A stretch of DNA of 64,000 nucleotides from an uncultured Ignavibacteria bacterium (GTDB taxonomy: Bacteria; Zixibacteria; MSB-5A5; DSPP01): contig CAZSIT010000003.1 in the NCBI GenBank assembly GCA_964607165.1, forward strand, positions 78,384 through 142,383. Direction: 5' to 3'. The notes under the pieces are model-generated. The model had not been told where the DNA came from, did no database searches, and saw only the letters and a list, made by a program, of their open reading frames with translations. A program made the translations under genes and the position numbers. This document shows positions 43,321-53,227 of this stretch, one piece after another (position 1 is the first letter of the stretch; every line of letters begins with the position of its first letter).

Positions 43321-46300
43321 ATGAGGACGATTGTAACGATAGTAACCCTTCTTTTGGCTCCAGGGGCTTGGGCCGGGGAATATGATGATGTTGAGATTGT
43401 ACGGATGGATGATAGAGGAATAGTATTTGAGTATCGGCCGGTTGATGTTCGATTGGAATTATCGGGAGCAGCGCGTGCAAGCGATGGAGGCAGCGCCCGG
43501 CACGGCAATCTTAAATGTTTGTTTATCGACAATTGTGCCCGCACGGCGGGAGAAGGAAATTTTGATTTGCCGGTGAGAGTTGTGCTATTGGGAATTCCAG
43601 CAGATGCAAAGCCGGAAGTGAATGCTTGGGTCGATGGAGAAACTATAGTTTCAGGAGGGAGTGCCGCTGTTATTGAACAAAGTCTTCCAGGGCTTGGACA
43701 ATCGGCGTCGGAGTTTGCTTTAAAAGAAAAATCCGAGGTTGAGAAACGTGTAGCCATTGAAAATCCTTTTTGGATTGGAAACCAGCGGGTTTTAAGGATA
43801 AAGGTTTTTCCGGCGAATTATGATATTTCGACAAAGCAGTACCGTGTGGCTGGGAAATTACAGGTAGAGGTTAGATTCAACTCGTCGGGTCACCTGGCTT
43901 CAAGTTTGACGGCCAATGCTTGGGACAAAGTTTTGAAAAAGGGGTTGTTGAATTATGAGCAAGCAAAAGAATTCCGCACCGAACCGCAGGAAAGTGGGAA
44001 GCTGGCAAAAGCTATAGCGTTTTCCTCTCCTTTTGATAGTTCAACTAACTGGGTGAAGCTAACTTTTCAGGAGAACGGTATTTACAAAATTGACCGTGCG
44101 ATGCTTTCGGCTGCCGGCGTTCCAGTTTCAACCATTGGCCCACAAACATTTCGAATCTTTTCTATGGGCGGGAGAGCATTACCGGCTTTCAACAATGTAC
44201 CGAGACCGGCTTGGCAGGAGCATTCTATTGAGGTTACGGGGGAACAGGATGGAATTTTTGATACGGGAGATGAAATCCATTTCTATGGTTGGGCGGTAGT
44301 GGGGTGGGATTACGATACTCTTTCCGCAACTTTCAAGTTTGTCAAAAACAATTACACTACGAGTCAAGTGTTCTGGTTAACCTGGGGAGGGAGTTTTGGC
44401 AATGCTCCTTTAAGAATAGCCAGATCTTTCGTTGTGGGGAGTGGATCTCCGGTTACTTCTTTCCCCGCCCATTATAGGTTTGAACAGGACCGATTTTTGG
44501 CAGTAGATAGATTTTCTGAAATCAACGATTATTACACCTGGTACGGCGGGAAAGGAAATTCGCAAACTTATTTTTTTAATTTGCCTGGTTTGGTATCAAA
44601 TCCTGATACAATAATAGTTGGGCATCTCTCCGGCGGGGTTTCTTTGTTGGTTAATAATTCATTTGCGACTACCAATAATCCGATTTTGCAGCCGGCAGCA
44701 TTCATTACATCTGCTTTAAAAGCAGGTTTGAATAGAGTTGATTTGGGAGTCACGACCAATGGCAGCGGGTTAAATCATTTTGATTATCTGGAGATTTTTT
44801 ACAATCGGCTGCCGGTCTATACCCCTCCGTTTATGGAGTTCGAGACGCCGAATATCTCGGGGCTGGTTGAATTTCAGATTAGCAGCACTCCCGTAAATTT
44901 TGTGTGCTGGGGTATAAGTAATCGCTTTAGGCCGGGAGTTGTGCAAGCGACACGAAATTCTTCGGGTGTTTTGTCGTTGGTCGATGATGCTTCCATTAAA
45001 CGATCCTACATACTTACTTCTATAGCTGACTTTAAGCGGCCCACCCTTTCCCGGGAAAGCCCGGTTGACTTGATGACCGGGCCGAATCAAGGGGAGTTTG
45101 TCCTTATCGCTCCTACCTTGTTTCAGCCAGCGCTTTCGATTTATGCAGCCCATCGGGCAGACTCTAGCGGGGTAACAGTTAAGCAAGTTGACGTGGAGCA
45201 GATTTACAACAACTTTTCGGGCGGGCTGCCGGACCCGGTAGCCATTCGAGATTTCTTGAAATTTGCACGGGAGAATTGGGGAAATCCCAAACCGCGCTAC
45301 GTGCTTTTGGCTGGAGACGGGACCTACGATTTCCGAAATATAGAAGGGACGGGAGCGGTCAACTACGTGCCACCGTTTATCGTGGATCAGGCGTTTGATG
45401 CTTCCAGTAATTCGGATGAAGGGTATCTATATTTTGGCAACCCCGGCTTTCTGGATTCGGCCGACCAAACTTTGGATATGACGGTTGCCCGCTGGCCGGT
45501 GAAAAACGTTTCCGAATTGCAGGTGGTGGCCGATAAAATTATGCGCTATGAAAGTTCGCCCGAATATGGGGTATGGAGGAATCGCGTCACGCTGGTGGCT
45601 GATGATGAATTTGGAACGTTTGACAACGAAGGGTTTCATACCGCCAGCAGTGAGCAATTGGCCTCTCGGTACACTCCCAGGCGGTTCGATCAGAAAAAAA
45701 TCTATCTGTTCGATTATCCTTTTAACGGCCTTAGAGAAAAACCGGAAGCGGAACAAGCGATTTTGCGGGCTTGGAACGAAGGTCAATTGCTTATCAATTA
45801 CGTAGGTCACGGCAGCCCGAATCTTTGGGCACATGAGCATGTTTTAAAGCGGGAAGAAGATGTGCCGCAGATGGTCAATAGCAACCGGTTGCCATTAGTT
45901 TATGCTGCGTCCTGCAATATCAATTCGTTCGTTGAGCCTCTGTCGGAGGGGATGGGAGAGGATTTATTAAAAAGCCCGGCTGGCGGGGCGGTGGCTGTCA
46001 TTGCCGCCGTGCGGGTTGTTTTTGCCGGTCCGAATAACGATCTAAACGATAGTACTTTTAATTTGCTGTTAGGTTCTGACTCTCTTTCTATCGGCGAAGC
46101 CTTTTATTTGGCTAAACTGCTGCGGCAGCCGAACGGTAACGATCGCCGCTTTCTGTTGTTTGGCGACCCGGCCATGCATTTGGCCAGACCGACCTACAAC
46201 ATCTGCCTGACCGCTCCGGATACGCTTTCGGCTTTGACCGTCGCTACCGTATCGGGCGAAGTAACCGCCGGCAAAGTAACCGATACCGCTTGTACCGCCG

Positions 46301-47247
46301 GTGTTCCCTTGAGCAGCTTTAATGGAACAGTCAAGCTCTCGGTTTTTGACGGCCTGCGCTCCAAGTCCCATCCGTTAGTCCCCACGCCGCTGTCGTATTC
46401 CCTGCCGGGGAATATGATTTATCGAGGAGATGCTCAGGCAACGAATGGCCGGTTCAGCTTTTCGTTTATAGTTCCCAAAGATATAAGTTACGGTTCAAAA
46501 ACTGGGAAGATTTCGGTGTATGCCTTTGACGCAACCGGTGATGCGGTTGGATTCAAAGATTCAATGGCTTTGGGCGGCTCGGTGGCCGTTACCACCGATA
46601 CCGTTGGGCCAAAGATTTCTGTGACCGTCGTAGGCGGCGGGTCGGTGGGCGCCGGAGACGTCATTTCGGTTGGAGTCAATCTGTCGGTGAAATTGGAAGA
46701 TTCCTCCGGCATCAACATTACCGGCGAGCCGGCACATTCAATAACGGCGGAGTTTGATTTTCCATCCGGGCTAACGCTGGACATAACAAGCAGTTTTCGC
46801 TATGAGCAACGGTCGTTTTCAAGCGGGGAGGCCTTTTTCACCGTGCCGGCGGTTTCTACGGGAAGACATGCGTTGAGGATAAAAGCCTGGGATTCGGCTA
46901 ATAATTCCTCGGTTTTGGAGTTTCCGATTGAAGTAGCCGCCTCCGGAAAACTTTTGCTTTCGAATGTCTTGAACTATCCCAACCCGATGAAGGATAAAAC
47001 GAATTTTTGCTATACCCTTTCGGCGCCGGCGGATGAGGTGATGATTGAAATCTTTTCGGAAGCGGGAAGGTCAATAAAGACCATCCGTTCCGCTTCGGTG
47101 AAAGCCGGATACAATTTTCAGACCGAATGGAACGGCCGAGATAACGACGGAGACGTTGTGGCATCCGGGATTTACCTTTACAAAGTTTGGGCCAGACAGG
47201 CTTCGAAAGAAGCGGAAGAGTTTGGCAAAATCGTGGTAATGAGATGA
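43321..47247 (+). CDS. porU: C25 (gingipain-family) cysteine peptidase with T9SS-type CTD; candidate T9SS sortase PorU
   Basis: Signal peptide. ..RYVLLAGDGTYDFRN.., ..LINYVGHGSPNLWAHE.. (His) and ..LVYAASCNINSF.. (Cys). CTD is ..LNYPNPMKDKTNFCYTL..SGIYLYKVWAR..KIVVMR. About 1300 aa and directly upstream of a PorV-like gene, as porU-porV are in Porphyromonas. Confidence 0.6.
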   Translation: MRTIVTIVTLLLAPGAWAGEYDDVEIVRMDDRGIVFEYRPVDVRLELSGAARASDGGSARHGNLKCLFIDNCARTAGEGNFDLPVRVVLLGIPADAKPEVNAWVDGETIVSGGSAAVIEQSLPGLGQSASEFALKEKSEVEKRVAIENPFWIGNQRVLRIKVFPANYDISTKQYRVAGKLQVEVRFNSSGHLASSLTANAWDKVLKKGLLNYEQAKEFRTEPQESGKLAKAIAFSSPFDSSTNWVKLTFQENGIYKIDRAMLSAAGVPVSTIGPQTFRIFSMGGRALPAFNNVPRPAWQEHSIEVTGEQDGIFDTGDEIHFYGWAVVGWDYDTLSATFKFVKNNYTTSQVFWLTWGGSFGNAPLRIARSFVVGSGSPVTSFPAHYRFEQDRFLAVDRFSEINDYYTWYGGKGNSQTYFFNLPGLVSNPDTIIVGHLSGGVSLLVNNSFATTNNPILQPAAFITSALKAGLNRVDLGVTTNGSGLNHFDYLEIFYNRLPVYTPPFMEFETPNISGLVEFQISSTPVNFVCWGISNRFRPGVVQATRNSSGVLSLVDDASIKRSYILTSIADFKRPTLSRESPVDLMTGPNQGEFVLIAPTLFQPALSIYAAHRADSSGVTVKQVDVEQIYNNFSGGLPDPVAIRDFLKFARENWGNPKPRYVLLAGDGTYDFRNIEGTGAVNYVPPFIVDQAFDASSNSDEGYLYFGNPGFLDSADQTLDMTVARWPVKNVSELQVVADKIMRYESSPEYGVWRNRVTLVADDEFGTFDNEGFHTASSEQLASRYTPRRFDQKKIYLFDYPFNGLREKPEAEQAILRAWNEGQLLINYVGHGSPNLWAHEHVLKREEDVPQMVNSNRLPLVYAASCNINSFVEPLSEGMGEDLLKSPAGGAVAVIAAVRVVFAGPNNDLNDSTFNLLLGSDSLSIGEAFYLAKLLRQPNGNDRRFLLFGDPAMHLARPTYNICLTAPDTLSALTVATVSGEVTAGKVTDTACTAGVPLSSFNGTVKLSVFDGLRSKSHPLVPTPLSYSLPGNMIYRGDAQATNGRFSFSFIVPKDISYGSKTGKISVYAFDATGDAVGFKDSMALGGSVAVTTDTVGPKISVTVVGGGSVGAGDVISVGVNLSVKLEDSSGINITGEPAHSITAEFDFPSGLTLDITSSFRYEQRSFSSGEAFFTVPAVSTGRHALRIKAWDSANNSSVLEFPIEVAASGKLLLSNVLNYPNPMKDKTNFCYTLSAPADEVMIEIFSEAGRSIKTIRSASVKAGYNFQTEWNGRDNDGDVVASGIYLYKVWARQASKEAEEFGKIVVMR

Positions 47248-47281
47248 AGAAAATACAACTAACCATAATAGGGAGGTTTTA

Positions 47282-49867
47282 ATGAAAAGGGTGCTTTTCG
47301 TAGGGGCCGCTTTGGCCATTTTGTTTGCAGCCGTCCAGCCGGTTTCGGCTTCGTTGCGGCAGGCGGGAGCTCTGTCTTTGCGCATTTCCACCGGAACGCG
47401 GCCGGCTGGAATGGGTGATGCTTTTGTCGGTTTGGCGGATGATTACACGGCCACGCATTTTAATCCCGCCGGATTGGGACGGTATCCGATGAGTCCGGAC
47501 TGGATTACCCATTCGCTTCCGCCCGGGAAGGGGCCGATTCGCCAGATTGCCCTTTTGCGCAACAACGTGCCGGAACAAAATTACAAGCGCTACGACATCT
47601 GGGTTTTGGCTGGTAACGAGCTTTTGCACTGGAACGGCGTTGAGTGGGTGAGCGGGACCTATCACCAGGTGGAAGGCAGCGAGACTTTGGAGGGAATTGT
47701 TTCGCGCTGGATGAAAAATGTTTCCGACGAAAGGCTGCGAGCAGTCACCCGCCAGGTGGCGGAGGCCAACAGTCGGATTACCTATGCCGAGCTGGCCGGC
47801 CTTAAGGACAAAGTGCTGACCGCTTTGCCTCCGGATTTTGTTGATTCGGAAAAAGAGAAGTTAGCAGTTGCCTTTGATAATCTTTTGGAGCGGTTTGACA
47901 AAGGATTGGGTGTGCCGGCCGGGTTGATTTCATTGAAAACAATTGCCGTACGAGCGCTGGAAGATGAAAGAATTTCGGTGCAGGAAGCCTCTAATATCTT
48001 ATCTGTTTTAGGAAAAGCTTCTGGTAATCTCTTGCCGGATAAGGTCTTTTTGTGGTACGGTTTGGCGTTTTCCGATATGATTGAATCAATTGCTTCGGAT
48101 GAACGGGCCTTGTGGGTGGCTACGCAAACCGGCGTTGCGCGCTATGACGGCGAAAGCTGGAACAGTTTCGGCTCGGAGGAGGGGTTGCCGGAAGGGCCTT
48201 TTAGATACATGGCTGTGAGCCCGGCAAAAACCGCCTGGCTGGCGAATCAAAAAGGACTTTTCTCTTTTACCGGCGGACACTGGACGCTATCCGAAATGGC
48301 TCCCGGGGTCTCGTTCCCAGAAGGTGGTCCAAAACGGATGGTTTTTTCGGGAGAGCGGGCTGGCTGGGCAATTTGTGACAACGACCTTTTCTTTTATGAC
48401 GGAAAAAAGTGGGACAATCGTTTTGAGGTGAGCGCGGGTGTTGCGCCGGAGCTGGAAAAGCTGGTTAACCGCTTTGCGCCGGGTGTGGATTCGGCTCGAA
48501 TGGCTGACGCCATTTCAGAGATTAGAACTATCAACAACTTCGGTGATTCGGCTATTGCGCCGGGGAAGAAAATATTGGTGCCCTTTAAGCTCGCATTCCG
48601 TGGAAGGCTGACCTCTGTTGCTGTTGACCCGTTGGAAGCGGTTTGGATTGGAACGGAGACCGGGCTTTTGCGCTTTGCCGAAGGGGAGTTCAACGTATTC
48701 GGATACGCCCCCTTTACAGTTACAAAAGAAAAGACACTTTTGGAGGTAGCCAAGCGCTATACCGGCGATTCCAATCCACAACGGTTGACGCGCTGGATAG
48801 AGCGGGTGAGAAATTACAATCGGTTAACTTCCGACGAAGTGGCGCCTGGCCAGAAGATCTGGTTATACCGGGGGCCAGCGGGGAGTAAAATCAGCTCAAT
48901 TTATGCCAATACCGAAGTTGTGTGGGTTGGCTCGGAGTTCGGAATTCTGAAATTTAACAAAATAGAATTTGAACGGTACGAACCGGCGGGGTTGGCGCGA
49001 ACTCCTACGGTGGACGTGCAGTTTAAAGGAGCAGATGGCTTTTTCGCCACCGCTAATCAGGTAACCGTTTATGCCCGGCCGTGGAGGCAATTTGGTTTAA
49101 TGCATTCCAACTGGCTGCCGGATCTGGCGGAAGATTTGTTCTTTGATTCACCGGCTTACGTGCAGCATTTTTCCGGCATCGGCACCTTCGGACTGCATAT
49201 GACCTTTCTCTCTTTGGGTCGCAACACCAGAATTAGCGAAACCGGGGATACCCTCGGTTTTTTCGACAGCTTTGAGGGTTCAATTGGCCTTTCTTATGGG
49301 ACGCGTTTGTCCAATTCACTGGCGGGAGGGTTGACCGGTAAATTTATTTTGAGCAAGCTGGCCACGGTCGGCACGGCGCGGGAACTTGGAAAAGGGCAGG
49401 GAACCTCATTTGCCGTGGATTTTGGATTGCTATACCAGACTCCCATTAAAAGGCTGACATTGGGTTCGGCTTTGACCAATATCGGGCCGAGGCTCCAGTT
49501 TATTGACGCTGATCAGGCCGACCCTCTGCCGCGAAATTTGGCCGTTGGATTCTCCTACAAAATCTTGGAATCGGCTTATAACAAGCTGACCTTGTTAACG
49601 GATTTCAACCGGGATCTGGTCAGTCTGAAAACAGACCGGGGATTTTTCAAAACCTCAATCGAAAATTTTGGGATTGAGTACTGGTACGGTTCGTATTTTG
49701 CCGGCCGCGCCGGTTACGTGTATGACCCGGACGGTCAATTGAAGTATTTGACTTTGGGCACCAGCTTACAATATCGGAATTTCCGGTTTGACCTCGCCTA
49801 CATTCCTTCTTCCAAAAATTTAGCGCTGGCCAATACCTTGCGTTTAGCTTTAATTGGCAAGTTTTAA
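47282..49867 (+). CDS. porV: PorV/PorQ-family outer-membrane barrel carrying a ~550-aa insertion (propeller-like and LysM-like segments)
   Basis: N-terminus is ..ALSLRISTGTRPAGMGDAFVGLADDYTATHFNPAGLG... The C-terminal ~240 aa form a barrel ending ..RLALIGKF. The middle has repeated [FY]xGxxW segments (RYDGESWNSF, FTGGHWT, FYDGKKWDN) and ..APGQKIWLY.. / ..APGKKILVP.. LysM-like ends. Confidence 0.6.
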   Translation: MKRVLFVGAALAILFAAVQPVSASLRQAGALSLRISTGTRPAGMGDAFVGLADDYTATHFNPAGLGRYPMSPDWITHSLPPGKGPIRQIALLRNNVPEQNYKRYDIWVLAGNELLHWNGVEWVSGTYHQVEGSETLEGIVSRWMKNVSDERLRAVTRQVAEANSRITYAELAGLKDKVLTALPPDFVDSEKEKLAVAFDNLLERFDKGLGVPAGLISLKTIAVRALEDERISVQEASNILSVLGKASGNLLPDKVFLWYGLAFSDMIESIASDERALWVATQTGVARYDGESWNSFGSEEGLPEGPFRYMAVSPAKTAWLANQKGLFSFTGGHWTLSEMAPGVSFPEGGPKRMVFSGERAGWAICDNDLFFYDGKKWDNRFEVSAGVAPELEKLVNRFAPGVDSARMADAISEIRTINNFGDSAIAPGKKILVPFKLAFRGRLTSVAVDPLEAVWIGTETGLLRFAEGEFNVFGYAPFTVTKEKTLLEVAKRYTGDSNPQRLTRWIERVRNYNRLTSDEVAPGQKIWLYRGPAGSKISSIYANTEVVWVGSEFGILKFNKIEFERYEPAGLARTPTVDVQFKGADGFFATANQVTVYARPWRQFGLMHSNWLPDLAEDLFFDSPAYVQHFSGIGTFGLHMTFLSLGRNTRISETGDTLGFFDSFEGSIGLSYGTRLSNSLAGGLTGKFILSKLATVGTARELGKGQGTSFAVDFGLLYQTPIKRLTLGSALTNIGPRLQFIDADQADPLPRNLAVGFSYKILESAYNKLTLLTDFNRDLVSLKTDRGFFKTSIENFGIEYWYGSYFAGRAGYVYDPDGQLKYLTLGTSLQYRNFRFDLAYIPSSKNLALANTLRLALIGKF

Positions 49868-49874
49868 GAGGAGG

Positions 49875-52800
49875 ATGTTGATACTTACGCAAAAAGCCGG
49901 CCGATTCATTTTGAGTATCGGCTGGCTTTTGCTTCTTGTGGTGAGCGGAGTCGAACTATTTTTTTCGGCAGCCTGGGGCGCCGACTGGCCGTTAAAAAAA
50001 GTTAAGCTTGAAAAGCCGGAAGCCCCTCCTGCTGTGGGATTTCATAGTTCGGTTTCGAAGAAAAATCTTTTGAAATTGACGCGGCTGTCTCCATCTGGAT
50101 TGCCTTTCGCCCGGCTTTCGACAGCTGCGCCAGTGGAGACCTTAAAGGTTTTGGCTCTTCGGGTGGAGTTTCAGAAAGAAGTGCCGGATGACCCAAGCAC
50201 CACCGGCCTCGGGGTCTTTGACCGACGCACCAAGCAGCAGTTTTTGGCCGCCGAGGGGCATCTGGTTGACCCGGCACCGCATAATAAAAAGTATTTTGAG
50301 AGCCATCTGGAAGCCTTGGACCGGTTCTATCAAGCCGTTTCCAACGGGAGAGTGAAGGTAATCGGAGATGTCTGGCCGCCCGTGGACTCGGAGGTCTATC
50401 AGCTCCCATATCCTTTGGCCTACTATGATTTGGCAGGCTGTAACTCTAATAGTTGTGTCGTTGGGCAAATTTCCCGTTTTTTTGTGGATGCTGTGCGGCT
50501 TGCCGACATGCTCTCGCCCCAGATTGATTTTTCAAACTATCAATCGCTGGTGATCTTCCATGCCGGGAGTAGCCGGCAGGATGACATTTTCGACAACACC
50601 CGCAATGATTTTTTTACCGGATTTCTGCGGCTGGGATTTGACAGTTTGCTTGTCGACAGCAGCCGTGATACCATCACCGAAGGGTTAATTCTCCCCGAAT
50701 CTCCTTCGCAGGACAATCGAATTGTAGCGTTGAATGCGACGTTCGCGCACGAATTTGGGCATCAGCTCGGTTTGGTTGACATCTACAATACCAGAACGAA
50801 TGTGACCCAGGTCGGAGATTTCTCTTTGATGGATAATAACGGCGCCGATATTGCAGCTGAATTGGATTTCACCAGTTTGGGTGGCCGTATTGTTTTGGCC
50901 TCCCAGCTTTTGCCGGTCTATCCGGATGCCTGGTCGCGCGCTTTTTTGGGTTTTTTGGACACGCTGGTTGTCACGCGAGGCCCGGATAGTTTGTCGCTTC
51001 TGGCAGCCGAACTTCAGCACACAGGTATCGAAGCAGTAAAAATCCCGATATCCGAGCAGGAATATTTCTTAATCGAAAACCGCTCGGTCGATTTTGATTC
51101 CTTTCCCGGTTCAGCTTTGAAAGTTGATGATTCCACCAACGTGGTCTTGGGCCCGGCGCGGCCGCAGGGTGGCAGTTCGGTTTTTACGGATGAATATGAT
51201 GCACTGTTGCCCGGCTCCGGCATACTCATCTGGCACGTGGATGAAGGTGTGGCATTTCTGGATGACGACGGAGATGGTTTCAACAATTTTGAAAGCAATA
51301 CGGTTAATACAAATCCGCAGCGAAGGTTTTTAGAACTTAAGGAAGCGGACGGTTTGGTCGATTTCGGGGGGAATTACTTCACCGGCTTCGGCCTTTCCGA
51401 GGATATGTACCGGGCGGGGAACAACTCCCGTTTTACGCCGACTTCCAATCCCTCCTCGCGCAATTCTTTCGGCGGGCAGACCGGTGTCTCGGTAACTGGT
51501 ATTACCCCTGCCGACACGGTGATGAATTTTGACGTCAATTCCGGCTATTTGCTTTCCGGCTGGCCGCAGTTTACCGGGCGGTTTTCGGTCGACCGCCCCC
51601 CCGTGTTGGGGGATTTAGATGGGGATGGTAAGGAAGAGGTTTTGGCTTTCTCCGGGCCCTTTATTCTAGCCTGGAGGCAGAACGGCACGGCTTTCATTCC
51701 GAACAATTTTACAGACACTAGCAGCGCTCTAAACGGCGATAGTCTGGAGTTTCCCATCGCTATTTTCAGCTTTGACCCAACCGACACCGCCCGGGATTCA
51801 GGGTTTACTTCCGGGCCGGTGGGAGCGGACCTTCTGGGAGATTCCCTAAAAGAGGTTTTTGCCGGTTCCCGCGACGGTTTGATTTGGGGGTTTGCTGCGG
51901 AGGATTTGAACGGCGACAGCTTAGCCGATTTTCTCCCCAGTTTCCCCGTTGACTTGAACAACGGAGCGGTTACCGTCATTTTAGTTGGAAAAATTAATCC
52001 TTTCAATTCTTTGGCCATCTTTGCCGGAACGGCTGCCGGAAAGGGATTTTTGATTTCGCCGGCTGGGACGGTTCTGGATTCCAATCTTTTCCGAGGGAGA
52101 ATTGTTGGGACGGCAGTGGATACCACCGGCAATCTTTTTGTGACTTCAGCAAAAAAAGATTCTGTCTTCGTTTATCGGGGCTTTCATCCAATTTGGGCGG
52201 ATACAATTCTGGATAGTCTGATTTCCGAGCCGGTGGTAGCTGAAAGCGACAGCGCGCTTCTGCTTGCCTTTGCCACCAGTGGAGGGAAACTATATCTGTA
52301 CGACCGGAATGACAACCTGGCGCCCCGATTTCCAGTTGATTTGGGGACCGGCGCAGCGCCTCAACCGGTTTGGGTGGTCAATCCGACCGGCGGGGAGCCG
52401 ATAATTTTGCTGGCCTTTGATAATAAAATCGTGGCTTATCAAACAAACGGTATTCTTGTGGAAGATTTTCCGAAATCTATCGACAGGCAGAGGCCTGCTA
52501 ACGGTTCGCAGTTGCCGTTGGCCGGTTTAGATAGGGCAGCCTTAAGTAGGCTTTCAAGGTATGTCCCTCGCAGTTCCGTTGAAGCCAGGTCTATTCCACC
52601 ACAGGGCCCTGAAATCGTTTTGGCGGTTGGGTCGGATAACGGCAATATTTATTTTCCTCAAGCAAGTGAGAGAGAAGCCTCTTTCGCTCTTGGAACGGGA
52701 GCGGAAATTTTGGCACCGCTGGCCGCCACAACCGTAGATAGTTTGTCATCAACCATTCGGGGCGCAAAAGTTTTTGCCCGCAGCACGGATGGTTTTATGT

Positions 52801-53210
52801 ATGGTTATCAGATTGACTATTTGGAGTTTGCTTCGAGAGCGAGTTGGACCCAGGTGCGGCACGATTTTGCCGGCTCCAACTTTTTGCCAAAAGTGAAGGT
52901 CCAAGGGATTGGCGGGGGAGAGTTAATTGCCGAAAAATCGTTTTACAACTATCCTAATCCGGCAACCGGAGGGAAAACTTACCTGCGTTATCGATTGACT
53001 GCGCAGTCAAAAGCTACCTTGACGGTTTATGATATGGCTGGCAATCAGATACAGAAGCCCAGAGATGATGTCCCCACGCGGATCGGTGATGACAACCAAG
53101 TGGAAATTGATTGCAGCGATTGGGCGGCGGGCGTGTATCTTTGCCGTCTGGAAGTGAATGGCGCAGGCAAAAAAGAGGTTGTATTTTGTAAGATGGCGGT
53201 TGTAAAATAG
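49875..53210 (+). CDS. M6-like metalloprotease with FG-GAP/VCBS-like repeats and T9SS-type CTD
   Basis: ATG 49875 is preceded by GAGGAGG. Signal/TM region present. ..AHEFGHQLGLVDIYN.., ..GSGILIWHVDE.., ..GDLDGDGKEEVL... CTD is ..FYNYPNPATGGKTYLRYRL..TVYDMAGNQI..AGVYLCRLEV..KMAVVK. Confidence 0.85.
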   Translation: MLILTQKAGRFILSIGWLLLLVVSGVELFFSAAWGADWPLKKVKLEKPEAPPAVGFHSSVSKKNLLKLTRLSPSGLPFARLSTAAPVETLKVLALRVEFQKEVPDDPSTTGLGVFDRRTKQQFLAAEGHLVDPAPHNKKYFESHLEALDRFYQAVSNGRVKVIGDVWPPVDSEVYQLPYPLAYYDLAGCNSNSCVVGQISRFFVDAVRLADMLSPQIDFSNYQSLVIFHAGSSRQDDIFDNTRNDFFTGFLRLGFDSLLVDSSRDTITEGLILPESPSQDNRIVALNATFAHEFGHQLGLVDIYNTRTNVTQVGDFSLMDNNGADIAAELDFTSLGGRIVLASQLLPVYPDAWSRAFLGFLDTLVVTRGPDSLSLLAAELQHTGIEAVKIPISEQEYFLIENRSVDFDSFPGSALKVDDSTNVVLGPARPQGGSSVFTDEYDALLPGSGILIWHVDEGVAFLDDDGDGFNNFESNTVNTNPQRRFLELKEADGLVDFGGNYFTGFGLSEDMYRAGNNSRFTPTSNPSSRNSFGGQTGVSVTGITPADTVMNFDVNSGYLLSGWPQFTGRFSVDRPPVLGDLDGDGKEEVLAFSGPFILAWRQNGTAFIPNNFTDTSSALNGDSLEFPIAIFSFDPTDTARDSGFTSGPVGADLLGDSLKEVFAGSRDGLIWGFAAEDLNGDSLADFLPSFPVDLNNGAVTVILVGKINPFNSLAIFAGTAAGKGFLISPAGTVLDSNLFRGRIVGTAVDTTGNLFVTSAKKDSVFVYRGFHPIWADTILDSLISEPVVAESDSALLLAFATSGGKLYLYDRNDNLAPRFPVDLGTGAAPQPVWVVNPTGGEPIILLAFDNKIVAYQTNGILVEDFPKSIDRQRPANGSQLPLAGLDRAALSRLSRYVPRSSVEARSIPPQGPEIVLAVGSDNGNIYFPQASEREASFALGTGAEILAPLAATTVDSLSSTIRGAKVFARSTDGFMYGYQIDYLEFASRASWTQVRHDFAGSNFLPKVKVQGIGGGELIAEKSFYNYPNPATGGKTYLRYRLTAQSKATLTVYDMAGNQIQKPRDDVPTRIGDDNQVEIDCSDWAAGVYLCRLEVNGAGKKEVVFCKMAVVK

Positions 53211-53227
53211 ACGGAAAGGTTTAATAG

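Noticed and set aside
43227-43757. 176-aa minus-strand ORF overlapping the 5' end of the porU-like gene.
   Set aside because: It is antisense to a well-supported C25 peptidase gene, and is Ser/Ala/Pro-rich with no start context.
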